From: an uncultured Winogradskyella sp.
GTDB taxonomy: Bacteria > Bacteroidota > Bacteroidia > Flavobacteriales > Flavobacteriaceae
Direction: 5' to 3'
Length of the DNA: 64,000 bases
NCBI RefSeq assembly: GCF_947495255.1
Contig: NZ_CANLYI010000001.1
Location: 550,044-614,043, forward strand
Shown here: piece after piece, positions 48,797 through 59,265 of the stretch
How the letters are laid out: every line of letters starts with the position of its first letter
How positions within the stretch are numbered: position 1 is the first letter of the stretch
The notes under the pieces: model-generated
What the model was told of the DNA's origin: nothing
The model's database searches: none
What the model saw: only the letters and a program-made list of their open reading frames with translations
Translations under genes and position numbers: made by a program

Positions 48797-49819
48797 TTAT
48801 TGATATGATAATTTACTTCCTGTTTTCTTAACCTTCAAATCCACCGTTTTTCCTAAAACTAAAGCGCGATTATCTTTTTCATGTCCTGCTGGCATATTAA
48901 ACGTAATAGGGAAATCATACTCTTCTAAAGCATCTAATATCAATTGCTCAACAGACGTTCCCCAAAGTGTGGTGTTTTTTCGCATTCTAGACATATCACC
49001 AACAACCAATCCGTTTAAATTATCAAAGTAACCAGCTCGTTTCATACTCTGTAGCATACGGTCAATATGATATTTGTATTCCCCAATTTCTTCAATGAAC
49101 AGAATTTTCCCAGTAGTATCAAGACTTGTATCAGAGCCTAACATAGTATGTAACATGGTTAAATTTCCTCCAACTAATTCACCTGAAGTTTCACCTTCTC
49201 TATTAAATTGAGACCCGTCAAGTGTATAATTCTCAGGGTTTCCAAAAATTGCCGATTTAAAGGTAGAAATAGATTCCTTAACATCATCTAAATCCTTCGT
49301 TAAACTCACGCACATTAAAGCGTGTAATGATTGAAACCCTTCGTTATGTACTTGATTATGCAAAGCTGTAATGTCAGAGTAGCCAATAATCCATTTTGGG
49401 TTTTTCTTAAACTCTGTATAATTCAATTTATCTAAAACCCTAACCGTTCCGTAACCTCCTCTTGCGCACCAAATAGCACTTATTTTTGGGTCGTCCATGG
49501 CATTTTGCAAATCGGCACAGCGTTCCTCATCAGTACCTGCAAAATGATTAGACTGACTAAACACATGTTTACCAACAATAGCGTGTAATCCCCAACTTTT
49601 AAGTAAATCTATAGCCTGTTGCACTTCGCGCTCTCTACTTTTTAAAATTCCTGAAGGTGCTACAATGGCAACTGTATCACCTGCTTTTAAATATGGTGGT
49701 TGTATTAATTTTGAAGTCATTTCTGTAGTATTATCAGATTCGGTTTGAGCTTTAATATCATTGCCTCCTATCAAGATAACGATGACTAATAGATATAAAA
49801 AATAGGACTTATAACTCAT
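48797..49819 (-). CDS. LD-carboxypeptidase (peptidase S66)
   Basis: 340 aa. Signal peptide, GYSDITAL (Ser nucleophile), later ...EE.GE..Y..DR... and ...GH. Confidence 0.75.
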   Translation of the reverse strand: MSYKSYFLYLLVIVILIGGNDIKAQTESDNTTEMTSKLIQPPYLKAGDTVAIVAPSGILKSREREVQQAIDLLKSWGLHAIVGKHVFSQSNHFAGTDEERCADLQNAMDDPKISAIWCARGGYGTVRVLDKLNYTEFKKNPKWIIGYSDITALHNQVHNEGFQSLHALMCVSLTKDLDDVKESISTFKSAIFGNPENYTLDGSQFNREGETSGELVGGNLTMLHTMLGSDTSLDTTGKILFIEEIGEYKYHIDRMLQSMKRAGYFDNLNGLVVGDMSRMRKNTTLWGTSVEQLILDALEEYDFPITFNMPAGHEKDNRALVLGKTVDLKVKKTGSKLSYQ

Positions 49820-49873
49820 AAAAACTGCTTTTTGTAAAAGTACATTTTTTTTCTAAATCCCTTATATATTGCG

Positions 49874-49881
49874 TACTTTTG
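49874..49881 (+). promoter_or_regulatory. -7 promoter box (tacttttg) for metG
   Basis: Exact TAnnTTTG 21 nt upstream of the ATG. Confidence 0.5.
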
Positions 49882-49902
49882 TGCCTTTAAAAACAATAAT
49901 TC

Positions 49903-51951
49903 ATGTCTAAGAGATATACCATAACAGCAGCATTACCATATACTAATGGACCCATACATATTGGTCATTTAGCAGGCGTTTATGTGCCAGCAGATATTTA
50001 CGCACGTTATTTAAGAGGTACAGGAAATGATGTTGCCTTTATTTGTGGTAGTGATGAGCATGGTGTTCCAATTACTATAAAAGCAAAAAAAGAAGGTGTT
50101 ACGCCTCAAGATATCGTTGATAAATACCATGCGATTATCAAAAAGTCTTTTGTAGATTTCGGAATCACTTTTGATAATTATTCTCGTACAACGGCCAAAA
50201 TTCATCATGATACTGCTCAAGAGTTTTTTAAAACCCTTTATGACAAAAATGAATTTGTAGAAGAAGTTACAGAACAACTTTATGATGCAGAAGCTAATCA
50301 GTTTTTAGCGGATCGTTTTGTTACAGGGACGTGTCCTAAATGTGGCAATGAAGAGGCTTATGGTGATCAATGTGAAAACTGTGGATCTAGCTTAAATGCT
50401 ACAGATTTAATAAATCCTAAATCTGCGATTACAGGCAACGTACCAACATTAAAAGAAACAAAACACTGGTTTTTACCTTTAAATAAACACGAAGACTTTT
50501 TACGTAAATGGATTTTAAAAGGTCATAAAAAAGACTGGAAACCTAATGTTTATGGTCAAGTTAAATCATGGATAGACGATGGTTTACGTCCAAGAGCAGT
50601 GACTAGAGATTTAGATTGGGGAATTCCGGTACCTGTGGAAGGTGGTGAAGGCAAAGTACTTTACGTTTGGTTTGATGCACCTATTGGTTACATCTCATCT
50701 ACTAAAGAATGGGCTGCACGCGAAGGCAAAAACTGGGAAGATTACTGGAAAGACGAAAACACAAAACTCGTTCACTTTATAGGAAAAGATAACATTGTAT
50801 TTCACTGTATTATTTTCCCATCGATGTTAAAAGCAGAAGGCTCTTATATTTTACCAGAAAATGTACCAGCTAATGAGTTTTTAAATTTAGAAGGCAAAAA
50901 GTTATCTACTTCTAAAAACTGGGCCGTTTGGTTACCAGATTATTTAATAGATTTTCCTAATCAACAAGATGTGTTGCGTTATGCCTTAACAGCTAATGCA
51001 CCAGAATCTAAGGATAATGATTTTACGTGGAAAGATTTCCAGGCCAGAAACAATAACGAATTGGTTGCAATTTTTGGAAACTTCATTAATCGTGTGGTGG
51101 TTTTAACCAACAAGTATTATGATGGTATTATTCCTGAACCTTCGGATTATAAGGCTATCGACGAAGAAACTTTAGCGGCTTTAAAAGCTTATCCTGCAGT
51201 AATTTCTAGTTCTATTGAACGTTACCGTTTTAGAGAAGCCAGCCAAGAATTGATGAATTTAGCACGACTTGGAAACAAGTATTTAGCGGATGAAGAACCT
51301 TGGAAAACGATTAAAACAGATGAAGCACGTACTAAAACTGTGATGTTTGTAGCCTTACAAATCGCTTCGGCTTTAGCTGTTTTATCTGAACCTTTTTTAC
51401 CTTTTACGTCAACGAAATTGAAAGGTATATTAAACTCTAATGATAATAGTTGGGAAGATATTTCAACAAAAGATATTTTAATTCCTGCCAATCATAAAAT
51501 AGGAAAAGGGGAATTATTATTCTCTAAAATTGAAGATTCAGAAATTCAAAAACAATTAGACAAATTGGAAGCTAGCAAAAGAGCCAACGAAGCAGCAAAT
51601 AAAATAACGGAGCCTCAAAAAGAAGAAATCACTTTCGATGATTTTACTAAATTAGACTTACGTGTTGGTACTATTATCGAAGCCGAAAAAATGCCTAAAA
51701 CAAAAAAGCTTTTAGTCTTAAAAGTAGATACTGGTATAGATACTAGAACTATTGTTTCTGGTATTGCCGAAAGTTTTAAACCAGAAGACATTATAGGAAA
51801 ACGCGTAACTGTATTAGTAAATTTAGCACCAAGAGCATTACGAGGTGTTGAAAGTCAAGGGATGATTTTAATGACTGAAGACGAAGGTGGTAATTTAGTG
51901 TTTGTGAATCCTGATACTCAAAACGTTTCTAACGGATTGCAGATAAGTTAA
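49903..51951 (+). CDS. metG: Methionine--tRNA ligase
   Basis: 682 aa. HIGH motif (PIHIGHLAG), zinc knuckles (CPKCG...CENCG), KLSTSK (KMSKS), C-terminal EMAP/Trbp111-like tRNA-binding domain. Confidence 0.97.
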   Translation: MSKRYTITAALPYTNGPIHIGHLAGVYVPADIYARYLRGTGNDVAFICGSDEHGVPITIKAKKEGVTPQDIVDKYHAIIKKSFVDFGITFDNYSRTTAKIHHDTAQEFFKTLYDKNEFVEEVTEQLYDAEANQFLADRFVTGTCPKCGNEEAYGDQCENCGSSLNATDLINPKSAITGNVPTLKETKHWFLPLNKHEDFLRKWILKGHKKDWKPNVYGQVKSWIDDGLRPRAVTRDLDWGIPVPVEGGEGKVLYVWFDAPIGYISSTKEWAAREGKNWEDYWKDENTKLVHFIGKDNIVFHCIIFPSMLKAEGSYILPENVPANEFLNLEGKKLSTSKNWAVWLPDYLIDFPNQQDVLRYALTANAPESKDNDFTWKDFQARNNNELVAIFGNFINRVVVLTNKYYDGIIPEPSDYKAIDEETLAALKAYPAVISSSIERYRFREASQELMNLARLGNKYLADEEPWKTIKTDEARTKTVMFVALQIASALAVLSEPFLPFTSTKLKGILNSNDNSWEDISTKDILIPANHKIGKGELLFSKIEDSEIQKQLDKLEASKRANEAANKITEPQKEEITFDDFTKLDLRVGTIIEAEKMPKTKKLLVLKVDTGIDTRTIVSGIAESFKPEDIIGKRVTVLVNLAPRALRGVESQGMILMTEDEGGNLVFVNPDTQNVSNGLQIS

Positions 51952-52322
51952 TGTCAAAACCCTCAATAACAAGACAAGTAGTAGATTTACAAGCTCAGGC
52001 AGAGCGCCTTATTAGAACAAAAGGAAACATGCCTGAGATTGAAGCTTTTTCTCAATATAATGAAGAGATAAAAGCCTATTTGTTTAAATACATTGATGAC
52101 GATTTTGTATTAAATTATATTAAAACTATTCCAAGTTTAGACATAGAAACTATTGAAATTAAATCTGGAATATTAACTGCAATAATTAGCCTGTTTTCTG
52201 GTGGCTCTGCTTCGGCTTACCACGAAAGACATAAAATAGAGGAAGCTCTAGAACAGATAAAAGAAATTTCTAACAAATACGCTTCTTGCGAAATGATGAT
52301 TAGAAATTGTTTTGATAATTAA
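51951..52322 (+). CDS. Hypothetical protein, start overlapping the metG stop
   Basis: 123 aa. TAATG overlap. No recognisable motifs. Confidence 0.45.
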   Translation: MSKPSITRQVVDLQAQAERLIRTKGNMPEIEAFSQYNEEIKAYLFKYIDDDFVLNYIKTIPSLDIETIEIKSGILTAIISLFSGGSASAYHERHKIEEALEQIKEISNKYASCEMMIRNCFDN

Positions 52323-52348
52323 CTCTTTAATTCATTACCTTCTTTTCA

Positions 52349-54475
52349 ATGACTCAATTAATTCAATTCATAATATCAAAAACCAACTTAAAAGAACAAT
52401 CTGTTAAAAATACAGTTGAACTCTTAAACGAAGACTGTACAATTCCATTCATTTCGCGTTATAGAAAAGAAGCTACAGGGAATTTAGACGAAACTCAAAT
52501 TGAAGATATTGTTAAATATAAAGAGCAATTTGAAACTTTAGAAAAACGAAAAAAAGCAATTTTAAAAGCATTAGAAGAACAATGTGTTTTAACTGATGAC
52601 TTAAAACAAAAAATTGAAAAGACTCAAGATTTAATTACACTTGAAGATCTTTACTTACCATACAAGAAAAAACGAAAAACAAAAGCAGAAACCGCTCGTA
52701 AAAATGGTTTAGAACCTTTGGCTAAAATAATAATGAGCCAAAATGCCAACAACCTAGAATCTGTAGCTTATAAATATATTAAAGGCGACATTAAAACCAC
52801 TGATGATGCTTTAGAAGGTGCAAGACATATTATTGCAGAATGGATTAATGAACGTGCAGATATTAGAAATACGCTACGAAACGAACTAGAGCGTCGTGCT
52901 CAAATATCAACTAAAGTTGTTAAGTCTAAATCTACAGACGAAAAGGCTCAAAAATTCAGAGATTATTTTGATTGGTCTGAGAGTTTAAGCCGAATCCCTT
53001 CTCACAGATTATTAGCCATTTTAAGAGCTGAAAGCGAAGGGTTTATTCGTGTAAAAATTGAAATTGATGATATTAGAGTTTTAGAACGTATTGATAATAG
53101 AATCATAAAAAACCAGAATGCTTGTGCAGACCAAATAGAATTAGCGATTTCAGATGCTTATAAACGCTTATTGTTTCCGTCATTAAGCAACGAAGCCTTA
53201 AGCAATGCGAAAGAAAAAGCAGACGAATCTGCCATTACCGTTTTTGCTAAAAATTTAAAACAGTTATTATTAGGTTCTCCAATTGGTGAAAAACGAGTTT
53301 TAGCTTTAGACCCAGGATTTAGAACCGGTTGTAAACTGGTATGTTTAGATGCGCAAGGCAATTTAAAACACAATGAAACTATTTATCCACACGCACCAAA
53401 AAACGATAGTATTGGTGCTATAAAAAAGATTTCGAGCCTAGCAGAAGCGTACAAAATTGAAGCCATTGCTATTGGTAACGGAACAGCATCACGCGAAACA
53501 GAAGCTTTAATACGTAAAATTCAATTTAAAAACGACATTCAGGTATTTGTAGTCAGCGAAGCAGGTGCTAGTATTTACTCGGCTTCAAAAATTGCTCGTG
53601 AAGAATTTCCTAATTACGATGTAACCGTTAGAGGTTCAGTTTCTATTGGTCGACGTTTGCAAGATCCATTGGCCGAATTGGTAAAGATTGATGCTAAATC
53701 TATTGGTGTTGGACAATATCAGCATGACGTGGACCAAACCAAACTTCAAAAGCAATTGGATATTGTTGTAGAAAATTGTGTGAATGCGGTTGGTGTTAAT
53801 ATCAACTCAGCAAGTAAACCTTTATTGAGTTCTGTTTCTGGTATTGGACCAAAACTAGCCAAAAACATTTTTGATTACAGAAAGGAACACGGAGTTTTCA
53901 AGTCTAGAAAAGATATTATGAAAGTGCCACGTTTAGGTGGAAAAGCTTTTGAGCAAAGTGCTGCCTTCTTAAGAATAAAAGGTGCTAAAAATCCTTTGGA
54001 TGATTCTGCAGTGCACCCAGAAAGCTATGCTATTGTAAAACAAATGGCAAAAGATGAAGGTGTTTCACTTGAAGAATTGATAGGGAATAAAGTCATTCTT
54101 CAAAAAATAGATTTAAAAAAATATATTTCCCCACAAGTCGGTTTATTAACACTTGTAGACATTATTAAAGAGCTTGAAAAACCAGGTTTAGACATTAGAG
54201 AAACAGCTAAAGTGTTTACATTTAATCAAAACATAAAAACTATAACCGATTTACACGAAGGGCAATTATTACCAGGTATCGTTAATAACATAACCAATTT
54301 TGGCTGTTTTGTAGATGTTGGTATAAAGGAAAGTGGATTAATACATGTATCTAACTTATCCGATAGTTTTGTAAAAGATGTTAATGAACATGTTAGTTTA
54401 CACCAACAGATAATTGTAAAGGTTTTAGAAGTTGATGTGGCTCGAAAACGGATTCAGTTGAAGTTGCATAAGTAA
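52349..54475 (+). CDS. tex: Tex-like transcription accessory protein (S1 RNA-binding)
   Basis: 708 aa. N-terminal ...TIPFISRYRKEATG, YqgF-like and HhH segments, C-terminal S1 domain (...GIVNNITNFGCFVDVG...GLIHVS). Confidence 0.93.
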   Translation: MTQLIQFIISKTNLKEQSVKNTVELLNEDCTIPFISRYRKEATGNLDETQIEDIVKYKEQFETLEKRKKAILKALEEQCVLTDDLKQKIEKTQDLITLEDLYLPYKKKRKTKAETARKNGLEPLAKIIMSQNANNLESVAYKYIKGDIKTTDDALEGARHIIAEWINERADIRNTLRNELERRAQISTKVVKSKSTDEKAQKFRDYFDWSESLSRIPSHRLLAILRAESEGFIRVKIEIDDIRVLERIDNRIIKNQNACADQIELAISDAYKRLLFPSLSNEALSNAKEKADESAITVFAKNLKQLLLGSPIGEKRVLALDPGFRTGCKLVCLDAQGNLKHNETIYPHAPKNDSIGAIKKISSLAEAYKIEAIAIGNGTASRETEALIRKIQFKNDIQVFVVSEAGASIYSASKIAREEFPNYDVTVRGSVSIGRRLQDPLAELVKIDAKSIGVGQYQHDVDQTKLQKQLDIVVENCVNAVGVNINSASKPLLSSVSGIGPKLAKNIFDYRKEHGVFKSRKDIMKVPRLGGKAFEQSAAFLRIKGAKNPLDDSAVHPESYAIVKQMAKDEGVSLEELIGNKVILQKIDLKKYISPQVGLLTLVDIIKELEKPGLDIRETAKVFTFNQNIKTITDLHEGQLLPGIVNNITNFGCFVDVGIKESGLIHVSNLSDSFVKDVNEHVSLHQQIIVKVLEVDVARKRIQLKLHK

Positions 54476-54520
54476 TACTTAAAAAAATCACACAAAATTA
54501 TATAGTAAATTCACTATCCT

Positions 54521-54528
54521 TATATTTG
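54521..54528 (+). promoter_or_regulatory. -7 promoter box (tatatttg) for the ferritin gene
   Basis: Exact TAnnTTTG 17 nt upstream of the ATG. Confidence 0.5.
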
Positions 54529-54545
54529 TATAAAACACGGAAACT

Positions 54546-55064
54546 ATGTTATCAAAATCTATAGAAGCAGCTTTAAATAGTCAAATAAAAATAGAAGCAG
54601 AATCGTCTCAAGCTTATTTGGCCATGGCAGTTTGGGCAGAAGTAAAAGGATTAGAGGGTGTTTCTAGTTTTATGTACGACCAATCTAATGAAGAACGTGA
54701 GCACATGCTAAAATTGGTAAAATTTGTTAACGAACGTGGTGGACATGCACATATATCAGAATTAAAAGCACCTAGTGTTACCTTTAAATCTTATAAAGAA
54801 CTTTTTGAAAAACTCTTAGAGCACGAAATTTTTGTTTCAGAAAGCATCAATGAACTGGTACATATCTCATTACAAGAAAAGGATTACGCTACTCATAACT
54901 TCTTGCAATGGTATGTTGCAGAACAAATTGAAGAAGAAGCTATGGCAAGAACCATACTTGATAAAGTAAAAATGATTGGTGACGATAAAGGTGGTTTATA
55001 TTTATTTGATAGAGACATACAACAACTTACTATCAGCTCTGCAGCAGAAACACCTGGTGCTTAA
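54546..55064 (+). CDS. ftnA: Non-haem ferritin
   Basis: 172 aa. Ferroxidase-centre residues in ...EAESSQAYLAMA..., ...EEREHMLK... and ...QWYVAEQIEEE. Confidence 0.88.
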   Translation: MLSKSIEAALNSQIKIEAESSQAYLAMAVWAEVKGLEGVSSFMYDQSNEEREHMLKLVKFVNERGGHAHISELKAPSVTFKSYKELFEKLLEHEIFVSESINELVHISLQEKDYATHNFLQWYVAEQIEEEAMARTILDKVKMIGDDKGGLYLFDRDIQQLTISSAAETPGA

Positions 55065-55098
55065 AATGTTAAAATTATTTAGATTAAATATAAATAAT

Positions 55099-55106
55099 TA
55101 TTTTTG
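55099..55106 (+). promoter_or_regulatory. -7 promoter box (tatttttg) upstream of the small Cys-rich ORF
   Basis: Exact TAnnTTTG. It ends 5 nt before the TTG at 55112 and 21 nt before the ATG at 55128. Confidence 0.4.
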
Positions 55107-55111
55107 TTATA

Positions 55112-55303
55112 TTGATATCATTTCTCAATGGGCAAAAAAAGAAAAACAAAAAGCTAAAGAAGGAACGTATTAAAGTTCTAGAAACTTCTGGTATAGCATC
55201 TCTTGGAAACGTTAAGTCTAAATGCTGCAAAAAATTTAAAAAATCTGAAAGTAAGCGTTGTAAAAAATGTCCTTGCTTTGATTTATTAAAGAAAGTAGCA
55301 TAA
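55112..55303 (+). CDS. Small, very basic Cys-rich protein (…KCCKKFKKSESKRCKKCPCF…); start uncertain
   Basis: 63-codon ORF with no in-frame ATG. The nearby ATG (55128) is one frame away across an A7 run (see findings). Confidence 0.45.
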   Translation: MISFLNGQKKKNKKLKKERIKVLETSGIASLGNVKSKCCKKFKKSESKRCKKCPCFDLLKKVA

Positions 55304-55435
55304 GCAGCTAATTAGCTTCGTAATATATTTAAGGCTCAAACATTTTAATAACATAAATTGATTAAAATTGAAATTTTGATTTTAACAATGAGTTAGAATC
55401 AAAAAAATTAAATCTTTAAAGAGTATCTAGCTTAA

Positions 55436-56037
55436 AATTATATTATAAAATCTGAAGTTTTAAAAATTAAAACTTCAGATTTTTACGTTTGTAGAAATTC
55501 CTCACTCACAGAGATAAAAGTCAAACCTTTATTAACGGATTACAATACAGCATCACTTAAGAACATATCATTAAAAGATGTAAATACTTATAACAGTAAT
55601 ACTATTTTAAGTGAAAATAATAACATTCAAGAACTAGATGAAGTCGTTGTAAAATCTAAATTAAATTTAGAATTAGAAAGAAAAAACGAATTGAGTTCTA
55701 GTAGATTTGGTATTAGTGATGGTTTTAAATATCCAAATGGTGCTATAAAATTCATACTAAAAGATCAAATGAAAAGGCTTCAAAAGCTTATAAATTCTCA
55801 TTATTGTTTAGTCCTAAGAAAACATTTTACTCACCTAAATATAAATATTATACTGATGATTTTTATAAATCCTAAGGTGTAATAGCTTGGAAAGCTAATT
55901 TAAAGGTTGATGAAAACGGTAATGTAATGGTAAAAATAGCCAAGCCAAAAATACCTATCACTTTATATATAGAAGGTATTGCAAATGACGGTTCATTTAT
56001 TATTGAAAAGAAAACCATATCAGTAAATAGACGTTAA
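55436..56037 (+). pseudogene. 5'-truncated, frameshifted remnant of a larger secreted or outer-membrane protein gene
   Basis: An open frame with no start codon (…LDEVVVKSKLNLELERKNELSSSRFG…) shifts frame near 55760-55790. It continues …FSPKKTFYSPKYKYYTDDFYKS, hits an in-frame TAA (55873-55875), then reads GVIAWKANLKVDENGNVMV…LYIEGIANDGSFIIEKKTISVNRR to the stop at 56035-56037. Confidence 0.55.
55447..55486 (+). terminator. Rho-independent terminator-like hairpin
   Basis: Perfect 16-bp stem aaaatctgaagtttta / taaaacttcagatttt, followed by t. Confidence 0.65.
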
Positions 56038-58328
56038 AAATTAACTCTAAAAACCACATTTGGAGTGCGTCCTAACGAATGTTGATTAACCTCTTCAATA
56101 ACACTATTATTAAGTCTATAAAAAGAATTGATAGTGTTCTTTTTGTCTAACAGATTCCAAATGGATAAACCAATATTAGCAGTAATCGTTTTTATTAATT
56201 TGAAGTCGTACAAAGCAGAAACATCAACTCTGAAATACTCTTGTAACTGACTCGTATTTGTGGCTTCGTAATTAATCGCGTTATCTATGATTTCATTTCC
56301 AGTTACAGGATTTGTTTTCGGTCGTCCAGAATTCCAGTTGAAGCCTGCAGAAATTTTAAGATGATCTGCAGTATAATTGGTTCCAAAAGTAACGGCATGT
56401 GTCACATCAAAATTATTAGGAAAGCTATTTTCTGGTAATGAATTAAACGTATAATCATTATCCATATAGGCATAACTCAACCATGAATTAAACTTATCAA
56501 ACTGTTTTCTTACTATAAAGTCAATACCTTTTACTTCATAATTCCCTGAAGTTTTTACAAACTCATATTGATTTTGAAAACCTTGACTTTGAGTCGTAAT
56601 TCCTTTAACTTTTTTATAATAGCCTTCTGCACTAATCAACCAATTACTTTTATTAAATGAAAGGCCTAAAGAAACCTGTTTACTCTTTATAACAGGAATT
56701 TCATTTTCATCAGACAATTGCCAACGTCGTTTTTCCACACCCAAAAAATCATTCTGAAAATTAATAACCTGTGATGTATTTTGATGCTTAAACTCTCCCA
56801 AGAATTCAACAGAAAAATTATCTAAAAATTTATGAAAAAAGCTTAATCTTGGTTCTAATAGATGTTTGCGAAACTTATTAATATAATTATACCTTAAACC
56901 AGTAATAAGATTAGTGTTTCTGTCTTTTGATTTACAAGAGACTTCAGAGAAAACACCATGCGTTCTAACAACTTCAGACACTAAATTTCTAAAAACAGGA
57001 TTATTTACATCATCTAAATTGGTAATTTTAGTTTCTACAAAATGATACCCATTTTGCCATTGTAAGCCATCAGTAATTTTATTTTTTAGTTTTAGTTTTA
57101 TACTCGTTTCAGATACTATATTCTCTTGAAGAAAACGTTGTTCGTCTAAAACATTAGCGTTAATTGATTTTAATTTATAATCGGTTTCATAAGCTTCAAT
57201 AGTCGTTTGCCATTTACTATTCCAAATTCTTGAATATGCAATTGCACCAGCAATACTATTTTGAGTTAAACTACTTTCTCGAGAATCTTCAACCGAATTA
57301 ACCATTGTGTTTTCATTAAATACCAATTGATTGGCAACATTGATAAAGTTTACTCTTAGTTTTTCTTTGGAGCTAATATTATAAAGCCAACGAAAAGACA
57401 CATCATAAAAATCGAATGTTTTATCTGAATTTATAATATCCATGGCATTATTTTCAACTTCAGTATCTTGAGAAATACGCTCAAAAAAATTAATGTAGGT
57501 TGGCGTTTCTGTAAAATCACTTATAGATTTACGTGCAGCGACTTGAAGCGATGATTTCTTACTTATTGGTACATCTGCAAAACCATTAGCATCTATAAAA
57601 TTAATCCCTAAATTACCTTTAATTTTTTTGGAAACTTCTCTGTCAGTTTGCATAGCAATAGTTCCAGAAATACCATCTGTAAACTCAGTCGCAGAACCAT
57701 TTTTTGTAAGCGATACACGTTGTGTGATTTGAGGATTGAACATAGAAATCAATCCGAAAAAATGACCAGATTGGTACATTTTAATATCATCCCAAAGGAT
57801 TAAAGTTTGGTCGTGAGTTCCACCTCTTATATTTATATTAGAAACGGTTTCGTTACTACTCTGAATACCAGGAAATGCTTGTACAGCTTGTAAAACATCT
57901 GTATCTATTAAACCTGGAAGAATATCAAAATCTGAAATATCAATCTCAAAAGTACCATTTTTCAACTTATTAATCCCTTTTACAATATAACCAGAAACCA
58001 TAACTTCAGATAGTTCCTGAAGCTTTTGCCTTGTTGTTTTAGCAATCACTAAAACCATATTATCATTGGTTAATGTATAAGTGAAATTGGTTTTTTCTCC
58101 TAAATAAATCAAAACCATACTTAGCGATAAATCTTTTGAAGGTGCAATAATTTTAACTTCAGAAATGGCATCTTCAGCATAATTAAATTGAATATTAAAT
58201 TGGGTCTCTAAAGTTTCTATTATTTGAGTAAGTGGTAATTTTTCGTTAGAACTTTGCGCTTTAGTTTTAAGAGAAAACATAAAGCTTAAAAATAGGATTA
58301 AAATATAAAGCCTAGTTTGTTTTGTCAT
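56034..58328 (-). CDS. TonB-dependent receptor with an N-terminal STN signalling domain (FecA-type transducer)
   Basis: 764 aa. Signal peptide, STN-like segment (LTQIIETLETQFNIQFNYAEDAI), plug (NINIRGGTHDQTLILWDDIKMY), C-terminal ...VVFRVNF. Confidence 0.85.
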   Translation of the reverse strand: MTKQTRLYILILFLSFMFSLKTKAQSSNEKLPLTQIIETLETQFNIQFNYAEDAISEVKIIAPSKDLSLSMVLIYLGEKTNFTYTLTNDNMVLVIAKTTRQKLQELSEVMVSGYIVKGINKLKNGTFEIDISDFDILPGLIDTDVLQAVQAFPGIQSSNETVSNINIRGGTHDQTLILWDDIKMYQSGHFFGLISMFNPQITQRVSLTKNGSATEFTDGISGTIAMQTDREVSKKIKGNLGINFIDANGFADVPISKKSSLQVAARKSISDFTETPTYINFFERISQDTEVENNAMDIINSDKTFDFYDVSFRWLYNISSKEKLRVNFINVANQLVFNENTMVNSVEDSRESSLTQNSIAGAIAYSRIWNSKWQTTIEAYETDYKLKSINANVLDEQRFLQENIVSETSIKLKLKNKITDGLQWQNGYHFVETKITNLDDVNNPVFRNLVSEVVRTHGVFSEVSCKSKDRNTNLITGLRYNYINKFRKHLLEPRLSFFHKFLDNFSVEFLGEFKHQNTSQVINFQNDFLGVEKRRWQLSDENEIPVIKSKQVSLGLSFNKSNWLISAEGYYKKVKGITTQSQGFQNQYEFVKTSGNYEVKGIDFIVRKQFDKFNSWLSYAYMDNDYTFNSLPENSFPNNFDVTHAVTFGTNYTADHLKISAGFNWNSGRPKTNPVTGNEIIDNAINYEATNTSQLQEYFRVDVSALYDFKLIKTITANIGLSIWNLLDKKNTINSFYRLNNSVIEEVNQHSLGRTPNVVFRVNF

Positions 58329-59220
58329 AAATTAGAACTTGATTGGATGAACTAATTTCAAACATTAAACCCATAGGTTTTGTGATGGATATGAGTGCGT
58401 TTTTAAGATTTTTATGAACAAAACTACCTGTAAACAATCTGGTTTTATTTGTGTTTTTAAAGGTAACATCAACATTATATTGACGTTCTAACTCTTCAAA
58501 AACTTCTGTAAGCGGAATGCCTTTAAAGCTACTTCTATCGTTTGTCCATTGTGGCTCTGTATCCGTCGTTTTATATTCGGTAAATGTGTTGTTAAGTATT
58601 CTAAAGGTTTCTCCAACTTTCAATTGTCTAACAATGGTATCTGACACTACTTTTACAACACCTTCGTAACACTTTACTTCAAAATAATTTAGTCTAGTTT
58701 TTACATTGAATTCTGTACCAACAACGGTTACAATTCCATTGTCTGTAATCACATCGAAGGTTTTGCCTTTAGCAACTTTAAAATAAGCTTCGCCTTCTAG
58801 GTTTACGCTTCGTTTGGATTCCCAATTATCTTTGTTATAAGATAGTTCAGATTCAGCATTCACTAACACCAGAGATAAATCGGGTAAGTTTGTCGTAGAA
58901 TGTTGGCTAGCCAAAGTTTGAATTTCAACGACATCAGAATTAAAAACTGTAAAATACAGTCCAAAGCCAATAAGAAAAACAGAAGCAATACGAAGCAAAG
59001 GTTTTAACCAGTTTAAGCGGTTTGCTTTAGGTTTGTTTTCGTAAGCGTCTTTAAAGGTTTTAAAGGTATCCACTTTCGAAAAATTTGATGCTTTAAAATA
59101 TTGCGCCTTATTTATTATTTCTTGATTTATTCCATAATCATTGCGCTCACTAAATGCTTTTTTTTCAGCATCTGTAAGTTCATTGTTTAACCATTTTTTT
59201 AATAAATCGTCTTCTGTCAT
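58312..59220 (-). CDS. FecR-family anti-sigma factor
   Basis: 302 aa. Single TM (LLRIASVFLIGFGLYFTVF) and a FecR-type periplasmic domain. Overlaps the receptor start by 17 nt. Confidence 0.85.
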   Translation of the reverse strand: MTEDDLLKKWLNNELTDAEKKAFSERNDYGINQEIINKAQYFKASNFSKVDTFKTFKDAYENKPKANRLNWLKPLLRIASVFLIGFGLYFTVFNSDVVEIQTLASQHSTTNLPDLSLVLVNAESELSYNKDNWESKRSVNLEGEAYFKVAKGKTFDVITDNGIVTVVGTEFNVKTRLNYFEVKCYEGVVKVVSDTIVRQLKVGETFRILNNTFTEYKTTDTEPQWTNDRSSFKGIPLTEVFEELERQYNVDVTFKNTNKTRLFTGSFVHKNLKNALISITKPMGLMFEISSSNQVLIYDKTN

Positions 59221-59265
59221 TTCTCCTCCTTATCTATATAACAAGTTTGGTCTTATTTCTCCTTA

